From the NCBI GenBank assembly GCA_964387685.1, contig CAYLXK010000024.1:7149-71148 (forward strand): DNA of 64,000 nucleotides, given 5' to 3'. Below, one piece after another: positions 35,858 through 44,924 of this stretch (its first letter is position 1; every line of letters starts with the position of its first letter). Below the pieces are notes generated by a model. The model was not told the origin of the DNA. It worked only from the letters and a program-made list of their open reading frames with translations, and did not search any database. Both the position numbers and the translations under genes were made by a program. Source of the stretch: an uncultured Bryobacter sp. (lineage in GTDB: Bacteria > Acidobacteriota > Terriglobia > Bryobacterales > Bryobacteraceae).

Positions 35858-36232
35858 TCAGGGGGCGGCGCCGCGGTCGTCTTCCACCTCCATTGACTCT
35901 AACCTAATGTGCTCGCCGCTGCGCAGATCGGCGGTGGGCAGCCCGCAGAGCGGGCAACGGAAGGACTGCAAGCTCGCCAAGGGAGACGTGGCGTTACAGG
36001 CGCGGCAAAAGACGGTGACGGCTTCGGGTTCGATCAGCAAAGCGGCGCCTTCGAGCGGGGTGCCGGCCGCGGCGAGGGGAAAGCTGAAGCGCAGTGCGTC
36101 CCTTGAGACGCCGCAGAGATCTCCGGCGAGGACGGTGAGGGAGAGGACGCGCGGGGTGGCGTGGCCCTCGGCTGTGTTCAGAGCCTGTAGGGCTGAATCC
36201 ACCAGGGCGTAGCTGACCGAGAGTTCATGCAT
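35858..36232 (-). CDS. hypA: Hydrogenase nickel-insertion protein HypA
   Basis: MHE N-terminal Ni motif. Zn site CRAC...CPLC. About 124 aa from ATG 36232. The upstream ORF extension was discarded. Confidence 0.85.
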   Translation of the reverse strand: MHELSVSYALVDSALQALNTAEGHATPRVLSLTVLAGDLCGVSRDALRFSFPLAAAGTPLEGAALLIEPEAVTVFCRACNATSPLASLQSFRCPLCGLPTADLRSGEHIRLESMEVEDDRGAAP

Positions 36233-36242
36233 CGAGCGCTTG

Positions 36243-36258
36243 TGGACTAGCTTATGCT
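36243..36258 (+). promoter_or_regulatory. Candidate sigma-54 (-24/-12) promoter for hypF
   Basis: TGGACTAGCTTATGCT, with GG and GC separated by 10 nt, about 26 nt upstream of ATG 36284 and with AAGG in between. Confidence 0.3.
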
Positions 36259-36283
36259 GCCGGGGCTGAGCTAAGGTTTGGGG

Positions 36284-38554
36284 ATGAGCTCCGAAGGCGA
36301 GAGGCGGCACCGCTGGCGAATGCGCGTCAGGGGGGTGGTGCAGGGAGTGGGATTCCGGCCTTTCGTGGCGCGGCTTGCGGGGGAACTCGGGCTGGATGGC
36401 TGGGTGCGCAATCGGACCGGGGCGGTGGACCTAGAGGTGGAGGGAAGTCTTGCGGCACTGCGGCGCTTTCAGGAACGGATGGAGGAGGAAGCACCGCCGG
36501 CGGCCACGATTGAGCATGTGGAGAGGGAGGACTGCAGCGTCACAGGAGCGCCGGGCTTTCAGATTGGCTCGAGCCTGGAAGGCGAGAGCCAGAGTGGCGG
36601 CCTGCCGGCGGACTTGTCGATGTGCGAGGAGTGCCGGCGAGAGCTGGGCGATCCAGGGGATCGCCGTTACGGTTATGCGTTTTTGAACTGCACGGCGTGT
36701 GGGCCGCGTTATTCGATTGTGCGGGCCTTGCCCTATGACCGTGTGCGCACTTCGATGGACGTGTTTCCGCTTTGCCCGCGGTGCCGGGAGGAGTATGAAG
36801 ACCCCCGGGATCGGCGCTACCATGCGGAGCCGATCGCTTGCCCGCAATGTGGTCCGCAACTGGAGTATGCCGGAACAGTGGAAAAGTCAGCAGGGACGGC
36901 GGTTGAACTGGCGGCGGAGGCGCTGCGGGCGGGCCAAACGGGAGCGATCCAAGGAATTGGCGGCTTTCATCTCGCGGTGAATGCGCGCGACGGAGCGGCG
37001 GTGGGACGGTTGCGGGAGCGCAAAGGGCGGGGCGAACAGCCTTTGGCTTTGATGGTGCGTGATCTGGCGACGGCGAGGGAGTTTGTGGAGCTGGATGAGC
37101 AGGCGGTGGGACTGCTAAAGGCGTCGAGTGCGCCGATTGTCCTGTTGCCCAAGAGGGGGCTGACGCAGGTGGGGGAGGCTCTGGCGCCGGGGAACGGGTA
37201 CCTGGGCGTGTTGCTTCCGTATAGCCCGATGCACTGGCTGCTGCTGCATCAGGAGGAAGACCTGGATGCCTTGGTGATGACGTCTGGCAATCGGCATGGG
37301 GAGCCGATGGCCACGAGTAGGCAGGAGGCGAGGGAGAAGCTGGGGGCGTTGGCGGATTTTTTTCTCACGCATAACCGGGAGATTGTGGCGGCGGCGGACG
37401 ACTCTGTGGTGCGGCTGTATCGAGGGAGGGCGCTGGCGATCCGGCGGGGGCGGGGATATACCCCGCTGATGTTGCAGATTCCGGTGGAAGGGGGAACGGT
37501 GGTAGCGGCGGGGGCGGAACTGAAGGCGGCGGTGGGAGTGGCGAAAGGAGAGCGGGTGTGGCTGGGGCCGCACTTAGGGGATGTGGAGAATTTGGCGACC
37601 TTGGAGGCATTGGAGAAGAATGTGAATCACCTGAGCGGCTTGTTTCGGGTGGAGGCCGAAGCGGTGGTGCACGATGCGCATCCGGGCTACCTGTCGACGG
37701 AATGGGCCCAGCGCTATGCGGCCAAGAGGGGAATTGTGGCTTGGGGGGTGCAGCATCACCGGGCGCATGTTGCTTCCGTGCTGGCGGAGTATGGCGTGGG
37801 GCCGGAGGAGCGAGTGGTGGCGGCGGTCTTTGATGGGACGGGCTATGGGGACGACGGCGCGATCTGGGGTGGGGAGTTCTTTTGTGGACCGGTGGCGGCG
37901 CTGAAACGGCGAAGGCATTTGCCCTATGTGCTGCTGCCCGGGGGCGATGGGAGTGCCAGAAGGCCCGCGCTGGCCGCGGTGGCGCACTTGGCGGCGTGCG
38001 GAATCGACTGGGAGGATACGGCGGCCGGGCGAGGGCTGGGGGCGGTGGAGAAGAGTTTGCTTGCGCGGCAGATGGAGCGGGGATTCCATTGTCATGCCAC
38101 GTCGAGTATGGGAAGACTGTTCGATGCGGCGGCGAGCCTGCTGGGGGTGCGGCAGCGGATTCGGTACGAGGCGCAAGCGGCCATCGAGATGGAGGCCCGC
38201 GCGGCGGCCTGGGGCAGGGAGGAGAGCTACGGGGCGGGGTTGTGGCGACTGGACGAACTGTGGCGGGAGTTGTTGGACGATGGAGCGGAAATAGAAGCGC
38301 GGGCGCGGCGCTTTGGGGGATGCGTGACGCGCTGGACGATGGAGACTGTGACGAATTTGTGTGCCGGGGAGGGATCGGAGACGGTGGTGCTGGCGGGCGG
38401 GGTATTTCAGAACGTGTTGCTGCTGCAGGAGCTAACGCGAAAGCTGGAAATGGCGGGATTGCGGGTATTAGTGCCGCGCTGGTTGCCGCCCAACGATGGA
38501 GGTCTGGCGCTAGGTCAGTTGTACCTGGCGGCAACCCAGTGCGGGCCACGCTAA
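36284..38554 (+). CDS. hypF: [NiFe] hydrogenase maturation carbamoyltransferase HypF
   Basis: Acylphosphatase RVRGVVQGVGFRPFV. Two zinc-finger pairs CxxC-x18-CxxC (CEEC...CTAC; CPRC...CPQC). YrdC-like and Kae1-like regions. ATG 36320 is an alternative start. Confidence 0.9.
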   Translation: MSSEGERRHRWRMRVRGVVQGVGFRPFVARLAGELGLDGWVRNRTGAVDLEVEGSLAALRRFQERMEEEAPPAATIEHVEREDCSVTGAPGFQIGSSLEGESQSGGLPADLSMCEECRRELGDPGDRRYGYAFLNCTACGPRYSIVRALPYDRVRTSMDVFPLCPRCREEYEDPRDRRYHAEPIACPQCGPQLEYAGTVEKSAGTAVELAAEALRAGQTGAIQGIGGFHLAVNARDGAAVGRLRERKGRGEQPLALMVRDLATAREFVELDEQAVGLLKASSAPIVLLPKRGLTQVGEALAPGNGYLGVLLPYSPMHWLLLHQEEDLDALVMTSGNRHGEPMATSRQEAREKLGALADFFLTHNREIVAAADDSVVRLYRGRALAIRRGRGYTPLMLQIPVEGGTVVAAGAELKAAVGVAKGERVWLGPHLGDVENLATLEALEKNVNHLSGLFRVEAEAVVHDAHPGYLSTEWAQRYAAKRGIVAWGVQHHRAHVASVLAEYGVGPEERVVAAVFDGTGYGDDGAIWGGEFFCGPVAALKRRRHLPYVLLPGGDGSARRPALAAVAHLAACGIDWEDTAAGRGLGAVEKSLLARQMERGFHCHATSSMGRLFDAAASLLGVRQRIRYEAQAAIEMEARAAAWGREESYGAGLWRLDELWRELLDDGAEIEARARRFGGCVTRWTMETVTNLCAGEGSETVVLAGGVFQNVLLLQELTRKLEMAGLRVLVPRWLPPNDGGLALGQLYLAATQCGPR

Positions 38555-38563
38555 ACTTTCGAG

Positions 38564-39946
38564 GTGTCCTTGCCCCCGCAACTTTCGCTTGCCATTGTGG
38601 ACGATAACCTGGACAGCCTGGAGCTCATGCAGGAGGCACTGCACGAGGAAGGAATCGAGGTTCACTACTTCAGCGTGCCTGAAGAGGGGCTGGAGTTCAT
38701 TCTGCAAAAGCGGCCGCAGATCGTTATGACGGACTTGGTGATGCCGCGCCTGGACGGTATGGCCATGCTGGATCGCATCATGGCGGTGGATCCGACGATC
38801 GATGTGATCCTGATGACCGCCTACTATTCGACGGAGTCCGCGGTGGAGGCGATCCGGAAGGGTGCGACAGACTATCTGGACAAGCCGATTTCCGTAGAGA
38901 CGTTGCGCAAGAGGGTGGGCAATTTAGCGCGGATGCATCGGGCGAGATTGCGGGCGCTGGATCCGCAACAGAACTACCCAAATGGCCACGAGTTTGAAGG
39001 GATGATCGGCAATAGTCCGGAAATGTGGAAACTCTACGCGCAAATCCAGCGGGTGGCGCCGCATTTTCGGACGTTGCTGGTTCAGGGAGCGACCGGGACC
39101 GGTAAGGAACTGGTGGCAAGAGCGCTACATCGTTTAAGCGGAGTGCGGGGAGAGCTGGTGGCGCTGAATTGCTCGGCGGTGGTGGAGACGTTGTTTGAGA
39201 GCGAGCTATTCGGGCACGTGAAGGGGGCCTTCACGGGAGCGACGGGAAACAAAACGGGCCTGTTTGAGCACGCGCACGAGGGTACCCTGTTTCTCGACGA
39301 GATTGGGGATATGCCGCTGGCGACGCAAGCCAAGCTGTTGCGCGCGGTGCAGCATCAGGAGGTGCAGGCCTTGGGGGCGCTAACGGCGCGGAAGGTGGAG
39401 GTGCGGGTGATTGCGGCCACGCACCGGGATCTGCGGGCGATGATTCTGGAAGGACGATTCCGCGAAGATTTGTTTTACCGTTTGGCGATGGTGGAGTTGC
39501 ATGTGCCGAGCCTGCTGCAGCGCAACGGGGATGTGGAATTGCTGGCGCGTAGCCTGACGCGGAAGTGGGCTAAACAATATGGGCGGGAACTACAGGGTTT
39601 GACGCCCCGAGCCATGACGGTGTTGAAGCGCCATTTGTGGCCGGGCAACGTGCGGGAACTGGAGAACGTAATTGGGCACGCGGCGATGATGACGCGGGGG
39701 CCGCAAATTGATGTGGCGGATTTTCCGGGATATTTGATTCGGGGCGAGCCAGGAATGGGCGAAGGGAAGCGGCGCGCGGGGGCCGGGGAGGACGCGGGCG
39801 GCCTGGCGGGTCTGGCGGAGCGGGAAAAGGAATTGCTGGTTGAGGCCTTGAATAAGAGCGGAGCCAACCAGAGCCGCGCGGCCCGGATTCTACAGATTAG
39901 CCGGGATAAGCTGCGCTACCGGATGAAGAAGTACGACCTGGACTAG
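38564..39946 (+). CDS. Sigma-54-dependent NtrC-family response regulator (HupR/HoxA-like position)
   Basis: Receiver ([13 protein letters not shown]). AAA+ ([27 protein letters not shown]). Fis-type HTH ([21 protein letters not shown]). GTG start 9 nt after the hypF stop. Confidence 0.85.
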   Translation: MSLPPQLSLAIVDDNLDSLELMQEALHEEGIEVHYFSVPEEGLEFILQKRPQIVMTDLVMPRLDGMAMLDRIMAVDPTIDVILMTAYYSTESAVEAIRKGATDYLDKPISVETLRKRVGNLARMHRARLRALDPQQNYPNGHEFEGMIGNSPEMWKLYAQIQRVAPHFRTLLVQGATGTGKELVARALHRLSGVRGELVALNCSAVVETLFESELFGHVKGAFTGATGNKTGLFEHAHEGTLFLDEIGDMPLATQAKLLRAVQHQEVQALGALTARKVEVRVIAATHRDLRAMILEGRFREDLFYRLAMVELHVPSLLQRNGDVELLARSLTRKWAKQYGRELQGLTPRAMTVLKRHLWPGNVRELENVIGHAAMMTRGPQIDVADFPGYLIRGEPGMGEGKRRAGAGEDAGGLAGLAEREKELLVEALNKSGANQSRAARILQISRDKLRYRMKKYDLD

Positions 39947-39983
39947 GGGGCCAGGCTAGGGGGGCGAGGCTAGGGGGGCGAGG

Positions 39984-41900
39984 TTAACGGCCGAGGTGCA
40001 GGCCGACGGTAATTTGCTGCACGCCAAAGGCCTCGTATGCGAATAGGCTTTGGCCGTAAGAGATGTTACGCCATTCGGCCAGGAAGCCCAATTGGGAATG
40101 GAGGGGGATGCGCAGACGGCCCAAGGGTTGGTAGTAGCGGCTGGGGCGGCTGCCGGAGGAGCGAAAGACACTGCCGCCGAGCGTGAGGAGGCTGTGGCGG
40201 GGGAGGCGCAGGTCTGCGGCGAGAGTGCCGGTGTGTGCGTTGTCGCGGTAGAGGCTGCGCTCGGGATCGTAGCCGACGGGGTCAAGATAGGTGAGGTCGG
40301 AAAAGATGGTGGAGCGGGTGTAGTCCGCCATGACGGAGAAGGCTTTGCGGGTCCACTGGAGAGTGAGGTTGGATTGCTGGGAACGGAAATCGAGACCGAC
40401 GCCCAGGGTGGGATTGGAGTTGTTGAGGCGCACGAAGCGGGAATTGAGCTGCCAGGAATCGGAAATCTGGTAGCGGGCGCGCAGGCGGAGTTGTTCAAAG
40501 TTTTGGAGGCTAGTGCGGAAGTAGGTTTGATCGCCGCGGCCGACTTCGGTTTCGGCATTGAAGGTGAGCTTAGTAGTGGGCCGGAAGACGAAGCCACCCA
40601 GGGCGGAATGGCGGCGAAGCGCGGCGCCTTCGAGGACGGGGCCGGGAGCGAGCGAGGCGCGGCGCACCTCGGAGTCTCCCCAGAGAAAGCGGTGGCCGCC
40701 AAAGAGGGTAAAGCGCTTGCTGAAGTCGTAGAAGACCTGGAGGCGCTGTTCGTTTTGCCGCCAGATGAGGCGGTCGTTGGAATTGACCGGAGGCAGCGAG
40801 CGCGCGTCTACGGTGCTCTGGAGGAAAAGCGAACCCGCGTTGTGGGTGCGTTCGATTTGCCAGGAATCGAGGACGCGCAGGCGCGCCAGGGGCCGGACTT
40901 CGAGGGTGAGGCCGCCGGCGGTCCTGGGCTGGCTGGCATAGCCGGTGGCGAGGGATTGTTGGCCGTTAACGAAACGCAAAGTGTCCAGGCGAAGGATCGT
41001 GCCTTGCGCGGACTCATTGAACGTGACTTCGGAGCGAGGGCGGGAATAGTAGAATTCGGCGCTGATGTCGAGCCAAGCGAGGGGAGAGAGGGTGAGGTCC
41101 GCGGAGGAGTAGATGTGCCCACCGTTCACGTCATAAAGCTGCGTGGCGCGGTCTATGAGGAGAGGGCGGCCGAAGTAAGTGGATTCTCGATTGCCGGTGT
41201 TGCGCAGGGTGTTAACGAGAGAGCTTTCATCGCGGAAGCGGGCGCCGCCTTGTTCGAGGGAGAGGTGGAGCTTTTCCAGTTCCAGGCGCAGGCCACCGCG
41301 TACGACGGTGTAGCCGTAATCGATGCGGCTGGCGGCGGGGTAGCTGTTTTCGTCGAGGACGAAGGGGCTGACGCCGGAGCCGAGGCCCGTATTCTGAGCG
41401 ACGCCGAAGAAGGGGGTCCAGCGGCGGCCGGGAAGGAAGTCGAAGTCGGCGTTCCAGAAGCGCTGGCGGGTATCGGTGGCGCGCTGGTTGGTGGTGTAGG
41501 CCTCGGGGCCGAGCTTGGCGAGTTGGGGACTGGCGAAGGAAGGCAAGGCGTTGAAATAGGCGAGGTTGCGGTAACTGAAGGTGGCCCGGTAGAGGGCGGA
41601 CTTTTCCGCATTTAACAGAAAGGTGTTAAGAGGGTCGCCCCAGTTGGCGCCATGGAGGCGCAGCTCATCGAGAAAGGCGAAGGAAGGGGGCTTGTAGGTG
41701 GTCTGGAACTGGAGCAGGCGAGGACCTTCGCCGAGATTGACGATGCTGCGATAAGTGTTAAAGCTGCCGTGCTGGCCGGCAAGGGCGCGGTAGCCGATGT
41801 CGCTGGAGGCTTGGAAGGGGGATTCCGCAGGCGTGGGGGCCGCGGCTGGCTCCTGGGGGTGCATCAGGACGGCAAGGAGGAGGGACGCGAGGAGTCTCAT
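39984..41900 (-). CDS. MtrB/PioB-like outer-membrane beta-barrel (porin partner of decaheme cytochrome)
   Basis: 638 aa. Short signal peptide. Alternating hydrophobic/polar beta-strand pattern throughout with Y/F/W/R-rich girdles. ATGA overlap with the MtrA-like gene. The call rests mainly on size, composition and synteny. Confidence 0.6.
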   Translation of the reverse strand: MRLLASLLLAVLMHPQEPAAAPTPAESPFQASSDIGYRALAGQHGSFNTYRSIVNLGEGPRLLQFQTTYKPPSFAFLDELRLHGANWGDPLNTFLLNAEKSALYRATFSYRNLAYFNALPSFASPQLAKLGPEAYTTNQRATDTRQRFWNADFDFLPGRRWTPFFGVAQNTGLGSGVSPFVLDENSYPAASRIDYGYTVVRGGLRLELEKLHLSLEQGGARFRDESSLVNTLRNTGNRESTYFGRPLLIDRATQLYDVNGGHIYSSADLTLSPLAWLDISAEFYYSRPRSEVTFNESAQGTILRLDTLRFVNGQQSLATGYASQPRTAGGLTLEVRPLARLRVLDSWQIERTHNAGSLFLQSTVDARSLPPVNSNDRLIWRQNEQRLQVFYDFSKRFTLFGGHRFLWGDSEVRRASLAPGPVLEGAALRRHSALGGFVFRPTTKLTFNAETEVGRGDQTYFRTSLQNFEQLRLRARYQISDSWQLNSRFVRLNNSNPTLGVGLDFRSQQSNLTLQWTRKAFSVMADYTRSTIFSDLTYLDPVGYDPERSLYRDNAHTGTLAADLRLPRHSLLTLGGSVFRSSGSRPSRYYQPLGRLRIPLHSQLGFLAEWRNISYGQSLFAYEAFGVQQITVGLHLGR

Positions 41901-42883
41901 CGCAAGAAGTCCCGGCTAATGTGAGAGCCATGCACCTTGGAGTGGCACACCGTGCAGTTTTGGTAGACGGGCAAGCGCAGGTCGTGAAAGCCGGTGGGAA
42001 CGGTTCCAAGCGTGCCGGAGCGGTTAGAGAGGGCAGGGGTGTTGGCGTGGCATTCGAGACAGAGGTTGCTGACTTGGGCGCGATTCAGAAGGCGGGGATT
42101 GGCCGAGCCATGATTCTCGTGGCAAGCGGAGCAGCCTTCGAGGCGAATAGGGGCGTGCTCAAAGACGAAGGGACCGCGCTTGTCGGCGTGGCACTTGAAG
42201 CAACCGGGTTCGGCGTTCGTGGTGCGGGCGGTAGTGTTAAGGCCGAAGGGCCGTGAAGTGCCGTGGGGATTGTGGCAATCGATGCAGGACATGGCGCCCG
42301 CGGGGACGGCGTGGCCATGGGGGCGCTGGAAGGAAGCCCAGGCGCTGGCGTGGCAGGTGGAACAGAGTTCATTGACGCGCGTGGCCCGGGAGGTAGGAAG
42401 AGCCAAGCGGCTCAGTGACGCGGGGGATTGAGGCGTGAAATCCCGAAAGAGGGGAACGGAGGAATCGTTTAAGGCATGGTGAACCGAGTGACAAGAGACG
42501 CAGGAGACTTGTACCTTGGCGTGGGAACCGCTGATGCGGCCGGCGTGGGTGGCCTGATTCTTGTGGCAGGACAAGCAGGAAGAGTCCGCCTCGCGGGGCG
42601 TGGCTTTGCTGTGATTGAGAATGAACTTGGCTTCGGCGGCTTCGCCGTGCTTTAAGCCCGGCCCGTGGCAGGATTCGCAGGACTGGCCTTTCCAGCCGCG
42701 GACGGTGTCCGTTTCCACTTTGCCGTGGCGAGATTTCAAGAAGGCCTTGCCGAGGTCCTCATGGCAAACCAGGCAGGCTTCGGTGCCGGCGTAGCCCTCT
42801 TTGTCCGTGCGCGCTTTTTTGGGCGCAGCGAAGGTGGCGGCAGCCAGCACAAAGAAAATCGCCGAGGCGACCAGGGGCCGCAT
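41897..42883 (-). CDS. MtrA/DmsE-family periplasmic decaheme c-type cytochrome
   Basis: 328 aa, signal peptide, ten CxxCH sites. Blocks collinear with Shewanella MtrA as I recall it: CESCHGPGLKH, CIDCHNPHG, CFKCHADKRGPFVFEHAP...CSACHENHGS...CLECHA, and C-terminal CTVCHSKVHGS. Confidence 0.85.
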   Translation of the reverse strand: MRPLVASAIFFVLAAATFAAPKKARTDKEGYAGTEACLVCHEDLGKAFLKSRHGKVETDTVRGWKGQSCESCHGPGLKHGEAAEAKFILNHSKATPREADSSCLSCHKNQATHAGRISGSHAKVQVSCVSCHSVHHALNDSSVPLFRDFTPQSPASLSRLALPTSRATRVNELCSTCHASAWASFQRPHGHAVPAGAMSCIDCHNPHGTSRPFGLNTTARTTNAEPGCFKCHADKRGPFVFEHAPIRLEGCSACHENHGSANPRLLNRAQVSNLCLECHANTPALSNRSGTLGTVPTGFHDLRLPVYQNCTVCHSKVHGSHISRDFLR

Positions 42884-42884
42884 G

Positions 42885-44924
42885 CTATTGAGCGTGAACT
42901 CTGGCCACGGAGAACTCGGCGTTGGGGCCGTGGCAGACGGTGCAGCTCTCCCCCAGCGGCGCGGTGTTCAGTTGCGCGTGGGCCGCCGCCTCCTTGGAGG
43001 TGTGGCAACTGAGGCAGGCGGCCGAGGTGGCCCCGGGCGTGGTCAGCCAAGCTCGCGGGTCCGTGACGGGCAGCAGATTTGGCCGCAGGGGCAGGTTCTG
43101 CGAATTATTGACGTGGCAGGTGCTGCAATTGGCGGCGGTGGTGGGGAAGCCGATGTTACTGAAGTCGTTGACGGAGGCGTTAAAACCGTAAATGATGAGC
43201 GGCCGGCCCTGTTCCTTGCCGGTATGGATCCGGTGGATCATCGAGGCAAAGCTGATGCTTTCATTGGGGGCCTGGGCGGCGGGACGGCGAGCGGAGTCCG
43301 TCATGGTGGAGTTGTGGCAAACAACGCACTCGGAAATTTCATTGCGGTTGCGGCCGTGGGCTTCGATGCGCGTGTGGCAGACATTGCACTTCTCGGTGGT
43401 TACGACTTGGCGACGGGGCTCGACCCGGGAAGAGTCCACGCTGAAATAGGTAATGACATTTTTGAGGGGATCGCGGACGGTGGTGGGAATGCGGCCGGGA
43501 CCTTCAAAAGAAACGTTGCGGTAGCCTTCGGCGCTGATGGAGTAGGTGCCCTGGGCGTCGCTGGGGATGGCGCGAGCAAAGCGGTGCGACGCGGTGCCGC
43601 TGGGGGAAAGGGTATCGGTGCGGGAGGCTTCCGACCAGTACGCGGTGTAATCGGGCGCGGGCCCGGCGAGAATGAGCGAAAGCGCCGTCATATCTGTTGG
43701 GGCAAGAATCTTGCCTTCGGAATCCTTGAGGCGATAGGTAATCGTCGGGTTTTGGCCGGGCGCGGTATCGCGTACCTCAAGCAGCTCGATCGTCTGGCCT
43801 TTGAGATTTTTCGAAAACTCGGGAACGACATGGGCGCCCTTGACGGAGATATCCCACTCGCGTTCTCCCTCGGGCCGGTGGCACTGGGAGCAACGGGAAT
43901 CGTCGGTCTGGGCAATGTGACCTTTGCCGGCGGCGAAATCAATGCCGTCGTGGCAGGAGCCGCAAGCGGCGCGGGTCGGGTTAAACAGGGCCGTGGCCTG
44001 GGACGCCGCGTTGGGGCCGGATTGGGTATGGCAAGCGGCACAATTGCGTGGGTTGGCCGGGAAGCCGATGGTGGAGTAATCGTGAAGGGTCTGCTGGTTT
44101 CCGATGATGGTGTACTTCGTGCCGGCCCGGACGCTGGGCAGATCCTTACCCATGTGGATCTTATGGGTCAGCACGGTCATGTCGACGGTATTGCCGGTGT
44201 CGGGGTCTACGGTTTGGGGGGTATGGCAGAGAACGCACATTTCCATGCCGCGGCGGGAGCCGCCATGGGCGGATAGCGTCACGTGGCAGGTTGTGCACGA
44301 AGCGGTTTTGATGACGTCGCGCACCTGAGTGACAGGGCTGCCGTCGGGGACGAAATCGAAGGTGGCGCTGGCGTAGTTGGTGCCGAGGTCGAAGGCGGTG
44401 AGGTTACGGTTGGAGTAGGCCCCAATAGTGTGAGTAGCGGTGCGGTCGAAATTGGCGGGGGCGCGGGTGCGGAAGGTGTAAGTGTACTCGCCGTCGTCGT
44501 TCTTGACCCAGGTGCCACCGGTGTCGGCGGCCGCCTGCGTGGCCGAGACGCGGGTAATGGGACTGGTTTGGATGCGCGTGGTGTAGGAGGTGTAAACGGA
44601 TTGATCTTTGGGCAAGAAGGCGGCGACAAAACTGATGGAGACGGGGCCGGGCGTGAAGACGCCTTCGCGGTCGAGAGGAACCCCCAAGGGATCGGTGATG
44701 CGGACCCGCGCCGCCATCGAGCCGTCGGGATTGACGACGGCGGCGACGATCTTCAAGTTAAGGCCCGGCCGGACGAAATTGATCGTCTTTTCGTCGGCGT
44801 AGAAGGCCTTCTCCAGTTCGCTGAAACTGCGCTTGCCCAGGCCTGTGGCGAGAGAGGCGGCGGCGAGAAGCAGCCCCACGACGGTGGGCCAGAAGTATCG
44901 ATGGGTTCGAAAAAACATGCTCAT
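42885..44924 (-). CDS. MtrC/OmcA-like decaheme c-type cytochrome (5+5 heme architecture)
   Basis: Ten CxxCH in two clusters of five (ORF residues 269-408 and 572-724), each preceded by a 160-210 aa heme-free region. Paralogous halves (THKIHMGK / IHRIHTGK). Start MSMFF overlaps the upstream stop (ATGA). ATG 44918 is an alternative start with GGAGGA 5 nt upstream. Confidence 0.65.
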   Translation of the reverse strand: MSMFFRTHRYFWPTVVGLLLAAASLATGLGKRSFSELEKAFYADEKTINFVRPGLNLKIVAAVVNPDGSMAARVRITDPLGVPLDREGVFTPGPVSISFVAAFLPKDQSVYTSYTTRIQTSPITRVSATQAAADTGGTWVKNDDGEYTYTFRTRAPANFDRTATHTIGAYSNRNLTAFDLGTNYASATFDFVPDGSPVTQVRDVIKTASCTTCHVTLSAHGGSRRGMEMCVLCHTPQTVDPDTGNTVDMTVLTHKIHMGKDLPSVRAGTKYTIIGNQQTLHDYSTIGFPANPRNCAACHTQSGPNAASQATALFNPTRAACGSCHDGIDFAAGKGHIAQTDDSRCSQCHRPEGEREWDISVKGAHVVPEFSKNLKGQTIELLEVRDTAPGQNPTITYRLKDSEGKILAPTDMTALSLILAGPAPDYTAYWSEASRTDTLSPSGTASHRFARAIPSDAQGTYSISAEGYRNVSFEGPGRIPTTVRDPLKNVITYFSVDSSRVEPRRQVVTTEKCNVCHTRIEAHGRNRNEISECVVCHNSTMTDSARRPAAQAPNESISFASMIHRIHTGKEQGRPLIIYGFNASVNDFSNIGFPTTAANCSTCHVNNSQNLPLRPNLLPVTDPRAWLTTPGATSAACLSCHTSKEAAAHAQLNTAPLGESCTVCHGPNAEFSVARVHAQ

